NCBI GenBank assembly: GCA_963766735.1
Contig: CAVYBU010000025.1
Coordinates: forward strand, 67,227 to 131,226
Length of the DNA: 64,000 nucleotides
DNA from: an uncultured Chloroflexia bacterium
GTDB taxonomy: Bacteria; Chloroflexota; Limnocylindria; Limnocylindrales; CSP1-4
Reading direction: 5' to 3'
Numbering within the stretch: the stretch's first letter is position 1; each line of letters begins with the position of its first letter. The translations under genes and the position numbers were made by a program. Below the pieces are notes generated by a model. The model saw only the letters and a program-made list of their open reading frames with translations, did not search any database and had not been told where the DNA came from. This document shows, one piece after another, positions 41,209-51,775 of the stretch.

Positions 41209-42372
41209 TCAGTCGACTGCGAGCGCCTGCTCGAGATCGGCCCACAGCTCCTCGACCGGCTCCAGCCCGACATGGAGGCGGATGAGCTCGCCGCCCGTCC
41301 ACGGAGCGACGGACCGCACCACGTTCGAGCAGCGCGCCGGCATCACCAGCGACTCGAAGCCGCCCCACGAGTAGCCCAGGCCGAACCGGCCTCCCTCGAC
41401 GAGACGATCGGTGAATGCCCCGGCCCGGTCCCGATCCGCCGGCTGTCCATCCGGCGCCAGCAGCTCGAAGGAGAACAACCCGCTGCTGCCGTGGAAGTCG
41501 CGGCGCCACAGGTGGTGGCCGGGGCAATCAGGGAAGGCGGGGTGGAGGATCCGCCCGACCCGCGGCTGATCGACCAGCCGGCGGGCGATCTCGAGGGCGT
41601 TCGCCTCGTGGGCGCGGATACGCAGGTCCACGGTCCGGGCGCCCCGGATCACGAGGAACGCATCTTCGCCATTCGTGCACATGCCCAGCTGTCCGGCGGC
41701 TCTCCGGACGTCCGACAGGAGCGCGTCGTTCGCGAACACCGCGCCCATCAGCACGTCGGCGTGCCCGCCCCAGTACTTCGTGAGGGCCACGATCGAGAGG
41801 TCCACGCCGTGGTCGAACGGCCGGAAGAGCCCGGGTGAGCCCCATGTGTTGTCGATGGCCGTGACCACGCGATGGTCCGCCGCGCGGGCTGCGGCCACGA
41901 TCGCGGCCACGTCCTGGACCTCGAACGTGTAGGTGCCGGGGCTCTCCATCCAGACCATGGTCGTGTTCGGCCGGATGAGGGCTGAGATCCCGGCGCCGAT
42001 GACGGGGTCGTAGTACTCGACGGTGATCCCGAGGCGGGTGAGCAGCCCGTCGCACAGGCGCCGGGTGGGCCCGTAGACGGCGTCCACCATGAGCAGGTGA
42101 TCGCCCGATCGCAGGACCGCGAGCAGCGCCGTGGTGATGGCCGCGAGACCGCTGGGCCCCAGGACGACACCGGCGCCGCCCTCACCGGCCAGGAGCAGCG
42201 CGTCGAGCGCGGCGGTGGTCGGAGTCCCGTGGGTGCCATACGTGGACACGGTGGGGTCGCCGGCCCGCGTCGCTGCGAGGGTGGCCTCCAGGTCGGCGAC
42301 ATCGTCGAACAGCACCGTTGAGGTCCGGCGGATCTCCGGGCTCGGCGTCTTGAAGCGGCCGCGGTTCATCAT
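41209..42372 (-). CDS. metC: Cystathionine beta-lyase (PLP-dependent trans-sulfuration family)
   Basis: RTSTVLF, SGLAAI, ESPG, IDNTW, TKYWGGHAD, GYSWGGFES, RLHVGLE. Confidence 0.85.
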   Translation of the reverse strand: MMNRGRFKTPSPEIRRTSTVLFDDVADLEATLAATRAGDPTVSTYGTHGTPTTAALDALLLAGEGGAGVVLGPSGLAAITTALLAVLRSGDHLLMVDAVYGPTRRLCDGLLTRLGITVEYYDPVIGAGISALIRPNTTMVWMESPGTYTFEVQDVAAIVAAARAADHRVVTAIDNTWGSPGLFRPFDHGVDLSIVALTKYWGGHADVLMGAVFANDALLSDVRRAAGQLGMCTNGEDAFLVIRGARTVDLRIRAHEANALEIARRLVDQPRVGRILHPAFPDCPGHHLWRRDFHGSSGLFSFELLAPDGQPADRDRAGAFTDRLVEGGRFGLGYSWGGFESLVMPARCSNVVRSVAPWTGGELIRLHVGLEPVEELWADLEQALAVD

Positions 42373-42509
42373 CGGCGCATTGTCGCGCTTCCGGTCGTCG
42401 GTCTGGCGGGCGCGCCGTCCAGCTCGCGTGTCACACTCACGTCTGCTGCCGGCGACGGGTCGCCACATGACCGGACATCGACCGGCATGGCCGGAGGAGG
42501 AGTGCGCGG

Positions 42510-42896
42510 GTGAGGTTCGAGGCTGCGATGGAGCTCGTCGTCGTCGGGTTCGAGATTGCAGGGATCGCCATCCTGGCGATCGGCTCCCTGCGCGCGCTGG
42601 CGACTGCGGCATCCGCCCTGTTCCGCGGGGAGCGTGAGGGTGTCTACCAGCGCGCCCGAATCCAGGTCGGGCAGGCCATCCTCCTCGGTCTCGAGGTGCT
42701 GATCATCGCGGACATCGTCCAGACGGTGACCATCGACCTGACGATCGAGAGCGCCATCACCCTCGGGATCATCGTGCTGGTCCGGACGTTCCTGAGCTTC
42801 TCGCTCGAGATCGAGCTCGAGGGGGTCGTGCCCTGGCATCGTCGCCGGGCGAGACAGCTGGGCGCGAGTGACGAGGCGGCGGCCCCGCCCGTCTGA
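42510..42896 (+). CDS. DUF1622 membrane protein
   Basis: GQAILLGLEVLIIADIVQTV, LGIIVLVRTFLSFSL. Confidence 0.88.
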   Translation: MRFEAAMELVVVGFEIAGIAILAIGSLRALATAASALFRGEREGVYQRARIQVGQAILLGLEVLIIADIVQTVTIDLTIESAITLGIIVLVRTFLSFSLEIELEGVVPWHRRRARQLGASDEAAAPPV

Positions 42897-42905
42897 CCTC
42901 GATCC

Positions 42906-43589
42906 TCAGGCCCCGCGCAGTCCCAGGGCCGCCCTCACGTTCACCGGGATCGCCGTGAAGTCGGGCGCGACGGCGAGGGCACCCTCGCCCAGGAGCACAT
43001 CCGCGGACTGGGACGAGGTGATCCCCAGGACGGCGCACCCGGCCGCACGAGCTGCCTGCACGCCGTTCCGGGCGTCCTCGACCACGAGGCAGCGTGCGGC
43101 CGGCAGCCCAAGCCGCTCCACGGCGCGCAGGAACGTCTCCGGGTCCGGCTTCTTGCGGGTGACGTCCTCGGCGGAGATGACGACGTCGAACGTCGACTCG
43201 GGAATCCCGATCGCGGCCAGGTTGCCGTCCAGCTTGGGCCGGTCGGAGCTCGTCGCCAGGGCCAGCCGAAGGCCCGCCGTGCGCAGCGCGGCGACGAACT
43301 CCCGGGCGCCGTTGACCGGCTGGAGCGCGCCCTTGATGCGTTCGAGGTAGATCTCGTAGGTCAGCGGCTTGTCGATCGCGAGGTCCACGGTCACGCCGTG
43401 GCGCGCGGCCGCCCCGGTGATGAACCGGTCCTCACCGGTTCCGACGAACGGGACGAAGTCCTCGCGCGTCGCGCTGATCCCGTAGCGGCGCCGGAGCATC
43501 TCCCCAGCCGCATCGGCGATGAATGGTTCCGAGTCGCACAGCACGCCGTCCATGTCGAAGACCACCGCGTCGAAGGCTCGGGAGGGCAT
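42906..43589 (-). CDS. HAD family phosphatase
   Basis: FDMDGVL, LATSS, KPDPE, VVEDARNG. Confidence 0.92.
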   Translation of the reverse strand: MPSRAFDAVVFDMDGVLCDSEPFIADAAGEMLRRRYGISATREDFVPFVGTGEDRFITGAAARHGVTVDLAIDKPLTYEIYLERIKGALQPVNGAREFVAALRTAGLRLALATSSDRPKLDGNLAAIGIPESTFDVVISAEDVTRKKPDPETFLRAVERLGLPAARCLVVEDARNGVQAARAAGCAVLGITSSQSADVLLGEGALAVAPDFTAIPVNVRAALGLRGA

Positions 43590-43664
43590 GCCTCGAACCT
43601 ACCACGCGGCTATGCTCCACGGCACGCTGGGACCGCCCCGGGCCCGGCTCATGGATGGACGCCG

Positions 43665-44378
43665 TTGAGACTCCTCACCCCAACGCTTCCGGCGCTGATC
43701 GTGATCGCCCTGCTGATGGCCGGGTGCGGGTCAGGTTCGGCGTCCGCCGTGGCGTCCGATCCAGCTGCGCCGTCGGCATCCGATCCGGCTGCGCCGTCGG
43801 CGTCGGCTGCGGCAGCGGCGTCCGACCCGGCCGCGCCGTCGGCCTCGAGCGTGCCGACCTCGAGCGTGCCGACCTCGGCACCGGCAGCCTCCACGCTGGA
43901 GGACCGCCTGCTCGCCATCGACCAGGCCATCGCAACGTGGCAGTCCGCGCCCGACCTGCCCGCCGCCCGCGCGGCGGCCGAGGAGGCGCGCAACCTCGTC
44001 GTGGGACCGGACGGTCCGTACTACGGGGATGCCGACGGCGATGGCACCGTCGCCGGGGCGAGCGAGGCAGGCCTCCTTCCCGGCCTCGATGGTCAGCCCG
44101 GCCTGGCGACCGAGGCCGATGGAGCGTGCGCGGTGCGGGACATCCGCGGCGGAAGCTGGGCCGATCCCACCGTGCGGTGGACGACGCTGGAGGAGGCGAT
44201 CAAGGCGTGGAGCCAGTCCAACAACACCTTCCCGTCGTTGCCGTCGCACCCCCAGCGGATCGTCGGCTGGTCGACCCTGGCGCTCCAGGCGGATGACCTC
44301 GACACGGCCCTCGAGTACGGCGGGCATGCCCGCCTCCACATCGACATCTCGATGCGCGCCGCCGTGGACTGCCGCTGA
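43665..44378 (+). CDS. Lipoprotein of unknown function with repetitive Ser/Ala/Pro linker
   Basis: TTG start, lipobox LMAGC, ASDPAAPS x3 and SSVPT x2 repeats, DADGDG motif. Confidence 0.7.
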   Translation: MRLLTPTLPALIVIALLMAGCGSGSASAVASDPAAPSASDPAAPSASAAAAASDPAAPSASSVPTSSVPTSAPAASTLEDRLLAIDQAIATWQSAPDLPAARAAAEEARNLVVGPDGPYYGDADGDGTVAGASEAGLLPGLDGQPGLATEADGACAVRDIRGGSWADPTVRWTTLEEAIKAWSQSNNTFPSLPSHPQRIVGWSTLALQADDLDTALEYGGHARLHIDISMRAAVDCR

Positions 44379-44492
44379 AGGCGACGCCGGCCGGAACACG
44401 GTGCCGCAGGGCGACGGCTATCATCGCGAACCAGATCGACAGGCCCGGCATCGACAGCCCGGTCGGAACCGGGCACCGGAGGATGCGGACGC

Positions 44493-44810
44493 GTGGACGG
44501 CAGCGAACTCGCCCTCTTCGGCCTCGTGGCGGCGACGGCTGTCGCGGTCGTGGTGCCCTTCGTGTTCCGGGCGCCCGGGCGAGCGCTCCGCAAGCGGTTC
44601 ATCGCGCTGGGCACGCTCAAGGGCAGGACGCGCAAGGAGATCGTGAAGGCCGTCGGCCAGCCGGCCACCGAGACGACCCTCCCCGACGGTCGGACGCTCC
44701 TCCAGTGGCGGGCGACGGGCTACCACATCGCGCTGGTGTTCGAGAAGAACGGGCGCTGCTTCGGCGTCACCCACGAGAACGGGCGGCGGGTGATGGCAGG
44801 GCCCGGATGA
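44493..44810 (+). CDS. Small membrane-anchored hypothetical protein
   Basis: GGAGG RBS, N-terminal TM, GRTRKEIVKAVGQP resembles SmpA/BLIP-like folds. Confidence 0.6.
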   Translation: MDGSELALFGLVAATAVAVVVPFVFRAPGRALRKRFIALGTLKGRTRKEIVKAVGQPATETTLPDGRTLLQWRATGYHIALVFEKNGRCFGVTHENGRRVMAGPG

Positions 44811-44952
44811 TGGGCGCGACACGCCCCGTCCAGCCTTCGAGCCACGTGTAGGCCAGCGCACCGAAGGCGAGCATCGAGATGGCAGCGCCCGGCAGGGTAC
44901 GCACAGCAGGTGGACGTCCGCGCTGCGACCGCAAGCGGCTATGCTGCCACCC

Positions 44953-45414
44953 ATGGGCGACCAGGTGCAGCTCTCGGGCGAGGAGTGGGAAGCTCTCCTG
45001 CACATGCCCTTCGGTGCGTATTCCACCGTCGCCGAGGCGGGCGATCCCGCCGGCGAAGCGCAGTTCCGTCGCTTCGTGGAGGAGATCGAGGCCGGCCGGG
45101 CGACGTTCGCGGAAGGGAGCACGGGCGCCACCCTGACCGACACACTGGCGGCGAACCTCGACACCCTATGGTCGGCCTACCACGCGTCCGGCCGGTCAGC
45201 CAACGACGTGGTCAAGCGCGGCGTCAAGGTGCTGGGCAAGGTGCCCGACGCCGAGTCGGTCGCGATCCGGGACTGGCTCCTGGTCATGGCCGTCGGCGTG
45301 GCCGCCGCGACGCGGGTCGTGGGTGAGTCCCCCGTGTCCTGGGACGAGATGTTCGCGATCCGTGACCTCGCCAAGTGGGTCAAGCGCCCGGTGCCGGACA
45401 TCAGTCAGGGCTGA
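44953..45414 (+). CDS. Hypothetical helical protein
   Basis: GC3-biased ORF filling the gap between genes. Confidence 0.6.
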   Translation: MGDQVQLSGEEWEALLHMPFGAYSTVAEAGDPAGEAQFRRFVEEIEAGRATFAEGSTGATLTDTLAANLDTLWSAYHASGRSANDVVKRGVKVLGKVPDAESVAIRDWLLVMAVGVAAATRVVGESPVSWDEMFAIRDLAKWVKRPVPDISQG

Positions 45415-45613
45415 TCCACGATTGCCCGGTGGCACCGGGCAGCGCGGCCGAGGGGCCGACAGCCGGCTGGTCGGCGACTGACGCCGGCCGGCTCGATCCG
45501 CCGGCCAGGTTCGGACGAGGGTGCACGGACACCGCCGGCAGGATGTGGGCCGGGTCGCCGCGATGTGCGACAGTCTTCGTGCGTCCAACGGCATCGCAGC
45601 AGGAGCTGACGGC

Positions 45614-46858
45614 ATGACCACCGACGCAACCACGATCCATCCGCTCCTGGCCGCGGCCGAGGCGATCCTTCCCGACGTCATCGACGTGCGGCGACGGCTC
45701 CATCGTCATCCGGAGATCGGCCTGCAGCTGCCCGAGACGCAGGCGATGGTTGCCGAGGCGCTGCGGGCGATCGGGCTTGAGCCGAGGCTGGGCGACACCA
45801 CGTCCTCGGTCGTCGCCGTCATCGATGGCGCCCGCCCGGGGCCGACGATCCTCCTGCGCGGTGACATGGACGGGCTGCCGCTTCGCGAGGACACCGGGCT
45901 GCCCTTCGCGTCCGAGGATCCCGCCGCGATGCACGCGTGTGGGCACGACACCCACGTCGCGATGCTGCTGGGCGCGGCACGCCTCCTGGCCGGTCGGCGC
46001 GATGCCCTCTCGGGGCGGGTCCTGCTGATGTTCCAACCGGGCGAGGAGGGCTATCACGGCGCCCGCTTCATGCTCGAGGAGGGCCTCCTGGAGGAAGGCG
46101 CCCACGGAGCCGGTGGTGTCGAGCGGGCGGTGGCGATCCACATCGCCACGGACTACCCGGCGGGTACGATCGCCCTGCGGCCCGGGCCGCTCATGGCCTC
46201 GTCTGACGCGATCAGGGCCACGGTCCGCGGTCGGGGCGGTCACGCCTCGGCCCCGCACCTCGCGCTCGACCCGATCCCGACCGCCGCGGAGCTTGTCCTG
46301 GCGCTCCAGGCCGTGGTCACGCGGTCGGTCGACCCGTTCGACCCCGCGGTCCTGACCATCACCCGCATCAGCGGTGGCACGACGAACAACATCATCCCCG
46401 AGACGGTCGAGATCGAGGGCACCATCCGGACGGTCTCCGCGAAGACCCGCGCGCTCATGCACGACCTCGTTGGCCGGGTGGCGTCCGGCGTGGCGGCGGC
46501 GCACGGCACGACGGTGGACCTGGAGATCGTACCGGGCTACCCGGTCACGTTCTGTGACCCCGACGTGACCGCGTGGATACGCGGCCTGGCTGTCGGGCTT
46601 GCCGGCGAGGCCTCGGTGCTGGACCTCGAGCAGCCGATCATGGGCGCCGAGGACTTCTCGTACGTGACGGAGCGCGTGTCGGGGATGATGGCCTTCCTCG
46701 GCGCCTGCCCGCCGTCGGAGGACCCGGAGACGGGGCCCCAGAACCACTCGAACCGCGTCGTGTTCGACGAGGCGTCCATGGCCCTGGGCGTCGCCCTGTA
46801 CGCGTCCGCAGCGATCAACTTCCTCGGCGAGAGCGGGTCCCCGGAAGGGAAGGCATGA
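45614..46858 (+). CDS. M20 family amidohydrolase
   Basis: LHRHPE, RGDMDGL, MHACGHDTH, FQPGEE, GGHAS, GAEDF. Confidence 0.93.
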   Translation: MTTDATTIHPLLAAAEAILPDVIDVRRRLHRHPEIGLQLPETQAMVAEALRAIGLEPRLGDTTSSVVAVIDGARPGPTILLRGDMDGLPLREDTGLPFASEDPAAMHACGHDTHVAMLLGAARLLAGRRDALSGRVLLMFQPGEEGYHGARFMLEEGLLEEGAHGAGGVERAVAIHIATDYPAGTIALRPGPLMASSDAIRATVRGRGGHASAPHLALDPIPTAAELVLALQAVVTRSVDPFDPAVLTITRISGGTTNNIIPETVEIEGTIRTVSAKTRALMHDLVGRVASGVAAAHGTTVDLEIVPGYPVTFCDPDVTAWIRGLAVGLAGEASVLDLEQPIMGAEDFSYVTERVSGMMAFLGACPPSEDPETGPQNHSNRVVFDEASMALGVALYASAAINFLGESGSPEGKA

Positions 46859-46959
46859 CCACGGCGCTCGCGCGGCTGGCTTCGATCAAGCGGGCCTACG
46901 ACCCCGGCAACCTCTTCCGTCCGGCCGCGAACGCCGAACCGGCGACCGGCGAGGCGTAG
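46855..46959 (+). pseudogene. Isolated BBE (berberine-bridge-like) C-terminal motif, 34 aa
   Basis: ARLASIKRAYDPGNLFR is the conserved tail of VAO/BBE flavoproteins; ATGA overlap with M20 stop. Confidence 0.55.
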
Positions 46960-47011
46960 CTCCCAGGGTTGCTGGGACACCCTTCGCGCTTCGATCGAAA
47001 CCCGTTGCCGG

Positions 47012-47209
47012 TCAGTCCTCCGCTTCGTCCTCGTCCTCCGGCCGGCGAAGCGCGTCCTGCAGGTCACCCAGCGCGTGCTGGGCGTCCCCCTTGACCTGCC
47101 TCGCCTTGCCGCGCAGCTCGGTCCCCTTGTCGCCGGTGATCTTGCCGACCGTCTCCTCCACCGTGCCCTGGACCTTCGAGATGGTGCCTTTTGCGTGCTC
47201 ATCGTTCAT
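47012..47209 (-). CDS. CsbD family stress protein
   Basis: KGTISKVQGTVEETVGKITGD...GKARQVKG. Confidence 0.85.
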   Translation of the reverse strand: MNDEHAKGTISKVQGTVEETVGKITGDKGTELRGKARQVKGDAQHALGDLQDALRRPEDEDEAED

Positions 47210-47409
47210 GGGGGAATGGTTGCACAGACTGCCCTCCGGCCTCGTGTGCGCATTTCCGCGGAGGCGCGCACACTCCGCCAATCGGAGGGAGGCACGAGAG
47301 CCCTCGGGCTCCCACCAGCGCGGCGTCCCCATACGGTCGCCAGACCGTCGCGCAGGGCCGATGGCGAACCCTTCCGTCGCTGGGCACGCACGTGCCCGTG
47401 GAGGTTCCG

Positions 47410-47769
47410 ATGCCGTTGATGGCAGTCGCGTTCCCGATCCTGCCCGGAAAGACCGCCGAGTGGCGTGCCTGGATGGACGAGCTGAACGGTTCACGCCGCG
47501 CGGAGTTCGACGACTCCCGACGACGGGCCGGTGTCCGCGAGCGCACGTTCCTGCAGTCGACCCCGATGGGCGACCTCGTGATCGTGACGCTCGAGGGCGA
47601 CGATCCCGGGCGGGCGTTCGGGAAGATGATGAGCGCGGATGACGCGTTCACGAAGTGGTTCACCGAGCGGGCCCACGAGATCCACGGCGTCGATCTGTCG
47701 GTGAGACCCACCGGGTCACCGTCCGAGCTCGTGATCGACACCGACCGGGCGCCTGTCGCGGCCCGCTAG
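47410..47769 (+). CDS. Hypothetical protein (dimeric alpha/beta barrel-like)
   Basis: GGAGG RBS; FPILPGK...ERTFLQSTP...IHGVDL. Confidence 0.7.
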   Translation: MPLMAVAFPILPGKTAEWRAWMDELNGSRRAEFDDSRRRAGVRERTFLQSTPMGDLVIVTLEGDDPGRAFGKMMSADDAFTKWFTERAHEIHGVDLSVRPTGSPSELVIDTDRAPVAAR

Positions 47770-47874
47770 GTACCACCCGCCTCAGCCCCCAGGGAGGGGC
47801 TGCCCTCAGACGAGGCCGCTCGCTTCGGCGGGCGGCCTCACTCGTTCCGGCCGCCGACATTGTGGCGCCAATGG

Positions 47875-47904
47875 CAAGACCCCCGGCGGATGCCGGGGGT
47901 CTTG
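47875..47904. terminator. Strong hairpin between convergent genes
   Basis: caagacccccggc-ggat-gccgggggtcttg, perfect 13-bp stem. Confidence 0.7.
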
Positions 47905-47927
47905 GTGTCGCTGCGAGTCTGATCAGG

Positions 47928-48759
47928 TCAGTCGTTCAGGAACGTGGCGATCCAATCGAGGTCGTCGGCCTTGTCCACGCGGTAGACGCCGCCGGTGCCG
48001 CCGCAGGTGGAGTTCATGCCGAAGGAGGTGACGCCCGCCAGGACGTTCGAGGTCCCGATGAAGTTCGGGCCGCCCGAATCGCCGAAGCAGGTGCCGCCGG
48101 TCTTGGCGTTGTTCGACAGCAGCAGGGCGAAGTCACCGACGAACCCGGTGTTGATCTGGTTGAGCTTGGGGTGGGCGATCATCCGGGCCCGGAGGGCGAC
48201 GTCCTTCCAGGAGGCGGCATCCGGGAAGCTCTTCTGCATCCCGTAGCCGACGGCCGTGAAGGTGACGTCCTTCTTGCCTCGCATCGTCTTGAGCGCGTCG
48301 AGCTGATCCAGCTGCGGCAGCACGCCGTACTCACTCCATGACAACGGGCTCGTCGAGGACGACGACGCCGAGGTCGAACAGGTAGAACGCGTTGGGGTCG
48401 TAGTCGGGGTGGACGTACGCCGTCCCGTCGACGCTCGTTGGCCCGCCGACCGGGTAGCCGTTTCCGGGGCGTCCGGCATCGACATCGGTCTCGAACCAGA
48501 TGGTCGCGCGGGCCGCGGGAGCCTCGGTGCAGTGCCCGGCCGTCAGGAAGACGGTTGGCGAGATGAGGGTGCCGGTGCACCGCCAGAGCGGGTTGCCATC
48601 TGCATCATCGGCCACCATCAGGCCGACGAAGGGGTGGGCGTCCCCGTCCAGCGCCCCGTCCGTGATCGCCGCCGCCGGGGCGATGGTGATCGTCATCAGC
48701 GCGATGACGCCCGCCACCGCAAGGGCCGCCGAACGCTTGCCCCGGGTATTCCTTCGCAT
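47928..48759 (-). CDS. Secreted trypsin-like (S1) serine protease, frameshift near 48340
   Basis: Signal peptide, CTGTLISP, TAGHC, FDLGVV, CFGDSGGP. Confidence 0.87.
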
Positions 48760-49042
48760 CATGCCTCCTGTTGCGGTACTGCCCCCTTCGCCGGATCGGT
48801 GCATCGGCCGGCGGCGGGCGATAGGCTGCGACGAGTCTCCTCGCCGCGGATACCCAGAAAGTACTACGAGCAGGCAGTACCGGCGACCACCCCGGACCGC
48901 ACCGAACGCACCAAGTGGTGCAGCGGAGCACCGGCTGCCCGCGATCCTTCACGCGATCCCTCGTCCGGACTGAGGATCGCGGCGGCCAGCAGCCGGGCAT
49001 CATGGGGTCAGTCACTCGAGTTCGACCGAGCATGAGGAACCC

Positions 49043-50243
49043 ATGGGACGGATCATCCCGGGCGGCGCCGGGCTGCTCCCTGCCACGGCCGACGTCGTCG
49101 TCATCGGGGGCGGGATCGCGGGCGCGGCCGACGCCTTCTTTCTCGGGCGCCACGGCCTGTCCGCCGTCGTCCTCGAGCGTGCACCGCAACTCGGCTCGCT
49201 CACCACCGCCCAGGCGGTTGCCTGCTACCGCGCCCAATGGGACGACGCCGACTACGCCGCGCTCGCCCTCCCCAGCATCGCCTTCTACGAGGCGTTCGAG
49301 GCGGAGACCGGCCTCGGTAGCTGGCCGATCGGGCTCCGGCAGCAGGGCTGGCTCTTCCTCACGGCCGCGCCCGGACGGCCCCGCGGTCTTCGGGCGGTTC
49401 GTCGAGGCGACCCGCTCCTTCGGCGTGGCCGACTCCGAGCTCCTCGTTGGCGACGAGATCCGGCGCCGCTTCCCGTGGGTGGCCGAGCGCATGACCGCGG
49501 CGACCTTCCGGGCCCGGGACGGCTGGGTCTCACCCTACGAGGTTGTCCAGGGCCTGGCCCGCGCGTCCACGGCCGAGTTCTTCGCCGGGACGGAGGCGCT
49601 CGAGATCCTGGTCGACGGCGGGCGCGTGACGGGAGTCAGGACCGACCGCGGCGTCATCGCCACCCCGCGCGTCGTCATCTCGGCCGGGCCATTCTCGCGC
49701 CGGCTCGCCGCCACGGCCGGCATCGACCTGCCGGTGACGATGGTCCGCCACCACCGCGCGATGGTCGCGCCCCAGCCGGAGATCCCGGCCCTCGGCCCGA
49801 TGACGCTGGACGTGGACACGCACGCCTACTGGCGGCCGGAAGGCGGTGGTGCGTTCCTGGGCATGGGCCAGGACGAGGACGGCACCGAGCCCGCGGACCC
49901 CGTCCCGACCGACTGGACGTTCCCCGCCGTGGTCATGGATGCGGCGAGCCGGGCGGTCCCCTTCTGGTCCACGATCGCCGACCGGCTGACCGGACCCGAG
50001 GTCAGCCTCGCTGCCGGCCAGTACACGTGCACCGCCGACGGACGCCCACTGATCGGCGGCTGCGAGATCGAGGGGCTCTTCTTCCACGCTGGCGACAATG
50101 GCTGGGGCATCGAGAGCGGTCCCGAGGCTGGGCGTCGCCTGGCCGCAATCGTTGCCGGCGCCGAGCCCGACGATGCGACGAACCCCTATCGGCTCCGCCG
50201 GCCGACGGCCGCGGCGGGCGCACCGCGGACGGTCACGTATTGA
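49043..50243 (+). CDS. FAD-dependent oxidoreductase (DAO / sarcosine oxidase beta-like), frameshift near 49370
   Basis: VVIGGGIAG, DGWVSP, VISAG, TADGRPLIG, GDNGWG. Confidence 0.85.
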
Positions 50244-50252
50244 GGCCCTGCC

Positions 50253-51308
50253 ATGCCGGCGCTCGAATCTGCTCCGCTGCCGAGGAGGGCCCCGATGGAG
50301 GATGAGGGCGCCCGCCGTCATCGCGGGGAGCTGTTCGCCGCCCTGGCCGCGATGGGTTTCGGGTCCGCGTACGTCGCGACCTCGTTCGCGCTCCTGGCCT
50401 TCGGGCCGGTCCAGGCCGCAGCGTGGCGGAGCGTCCTCGCCGCGACCGTGATCGGGGTCATCGTGGTCGTGCGGCGGCGCCGAAACGGCTCCGCCGAGCC
50501 CGGGACCGAGCCCGGGACCGACGCGCCCGGCATTGGGGCGGCCAGCGTGGAGGTGCCTCCGCCCCCCGCCGCCCGCGCGGTCCGCTTGCTGGTGCTCGCG
50601 ATCTTTGCCGGGCCCCTGTTCCTGGCGTCGATGAACCTCGCGGTCGAGCACGTCGGCGCGGCGATCGCCGCCTTCGTCGCGGGGCTGTACGCCGTGCTGT
50701 CGGCCGTCATCGCGCCCGCCCTGCTGCCGGAGCGGCTGACCATGCGGGTGCTGGCCGGGTTCCTCCTGGCCCTCATCGGTACCGCCCTGCTCGCGGAGCT
50801 TGACCCGGACGCGACAGACGTGGCCGGCATGGGATGGGGCCTCCTCGCCGCCCTGTCGTTCGCGCTGTACCTGGTGCTTGCGCGCCGGTGGTCCAGGCCA
50901 TACCGCCTTGACGGGCTGACCGTCGCGCTCGCCATCGGCTCGCTCACCGCCGTGGTGCTCGGCGGGTTCGTCCTCGCGACCGATCCCGCCTCGCTCACGC
51001 CCTCCGCCCCGCCCACCGAGGCCATCGTCGCCATCGTCTGGCTCGCTGTGGTGGCCGGCCTCGGCCCGATCCTCATGGTGGCCAGCGTCCGGCTCATCCC
51101 GGCGGCGCGCTCGGCGGCGTTCCTGCTCCTCAACCCGATCACCGCGACCATCCTTGCCGTCGTCCTGCTCGGCGAGCGGCCGTCGCCGCTCCAGTTCGGG
51201 GGCGGCGTGCTCGTGCTCCTCGGGATGGCCGCCGCGACGATCCCGGGCCGGACGGGCCGCGGCCGGACGCCGGATCGAACGCCGGTGGATACCTTGCAGG
51301 TCAGTTGA
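50253..51308 (+). CDS. EamA/DMT family transporter
   Basis: Ten TMs, LLPER, LLNPITATILAVVLLGER. Confidence 0.85.
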   Translation: MPALESAPLPRRAPMEDEGARRHRGELFAALAAMGFGSAYVATSFALLAFGPVQAAAWRSVLAATVIGVIVVVRRRRNGSAEPGTEPGTDAPGIGAASVEVPPPPAARAVRLLVLAIFAGPLFLASMNLAVEHVGAAIAAFVAGLYAVLSAVIAPALLPERLTMRVLAGFLLALIGTALLAELDPDATDVAGMGWGLLAALSFALYLVLARRWSRPYRLDGLTVALAIGSLTAVVLGGFVLATDPASLTPSAPPTEAIVAIVWLAVVAGLGPILMVASVRLIPAARSAAFLLLNPITATILAVVLLGERPSPLQFGGGVLVLLGMAAATIPGRTGRGRTPDRTPVDTLQVS

Positions 51309-51377
51309 TGTGGATCCAGCTGCTCTAGCCGCTCGCCCGCTCGAGCGACGTGCCGCAACCAGGGAAGGAGCACAGGC

Positions 51378-51731
51378 ATGACCGCGCCGCGAAGGCTGGA
51401 GTCGGTCGTCCTGCGCGAGCAGCGGGACGCTGACGGATCACGCCGGCTCGGGGCCGCGTGGCGCGAGGGCGTGGGCATCGTCATCGAGGGCCAGGACCTG
51501 GGTCCGGGCGTGGAGAGGATCTGGGGCGAGGGCAACGACGAGTACGAGTGGGCCTGGGTGATCGGCCCCGAGGCCGTCCCCGCGATGATCGCCGCGCTCG
51601 AGGGAACCGAGGGAGACGATCCGCTCGTGCTGCTCAAGACGTGGTACGCCGCAGGCGGCGGGATGGACCCGGGCGTCCACCTGCGCGAGGCGGGCGTTGC
51701 GCTGGAGTTCTGGAGCCGGGTGGGGGACTGA
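51378..51731 (+). CDS. Hypothetical protein
   Basis: AGGAG RBS; IEGQDLGPGVERIWG...EYEW motif. Confidence 0.7.
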   Translation: MTAPRRLESVVLREQRDADGSRRLGAAWREGVGIVIEGQDLGPGVERIWGEGNDEYEWAWVIGPEAVPAMIAALEGTEGDDPLVLLKTWYAAGGGMDPGVHLREAGVALEFWSRVGD

Positions 51732-51775
51732 GCTCGCCGCCGGGCCGGCGGTCAGGCAGGGCGCGGTCCGGCCTG

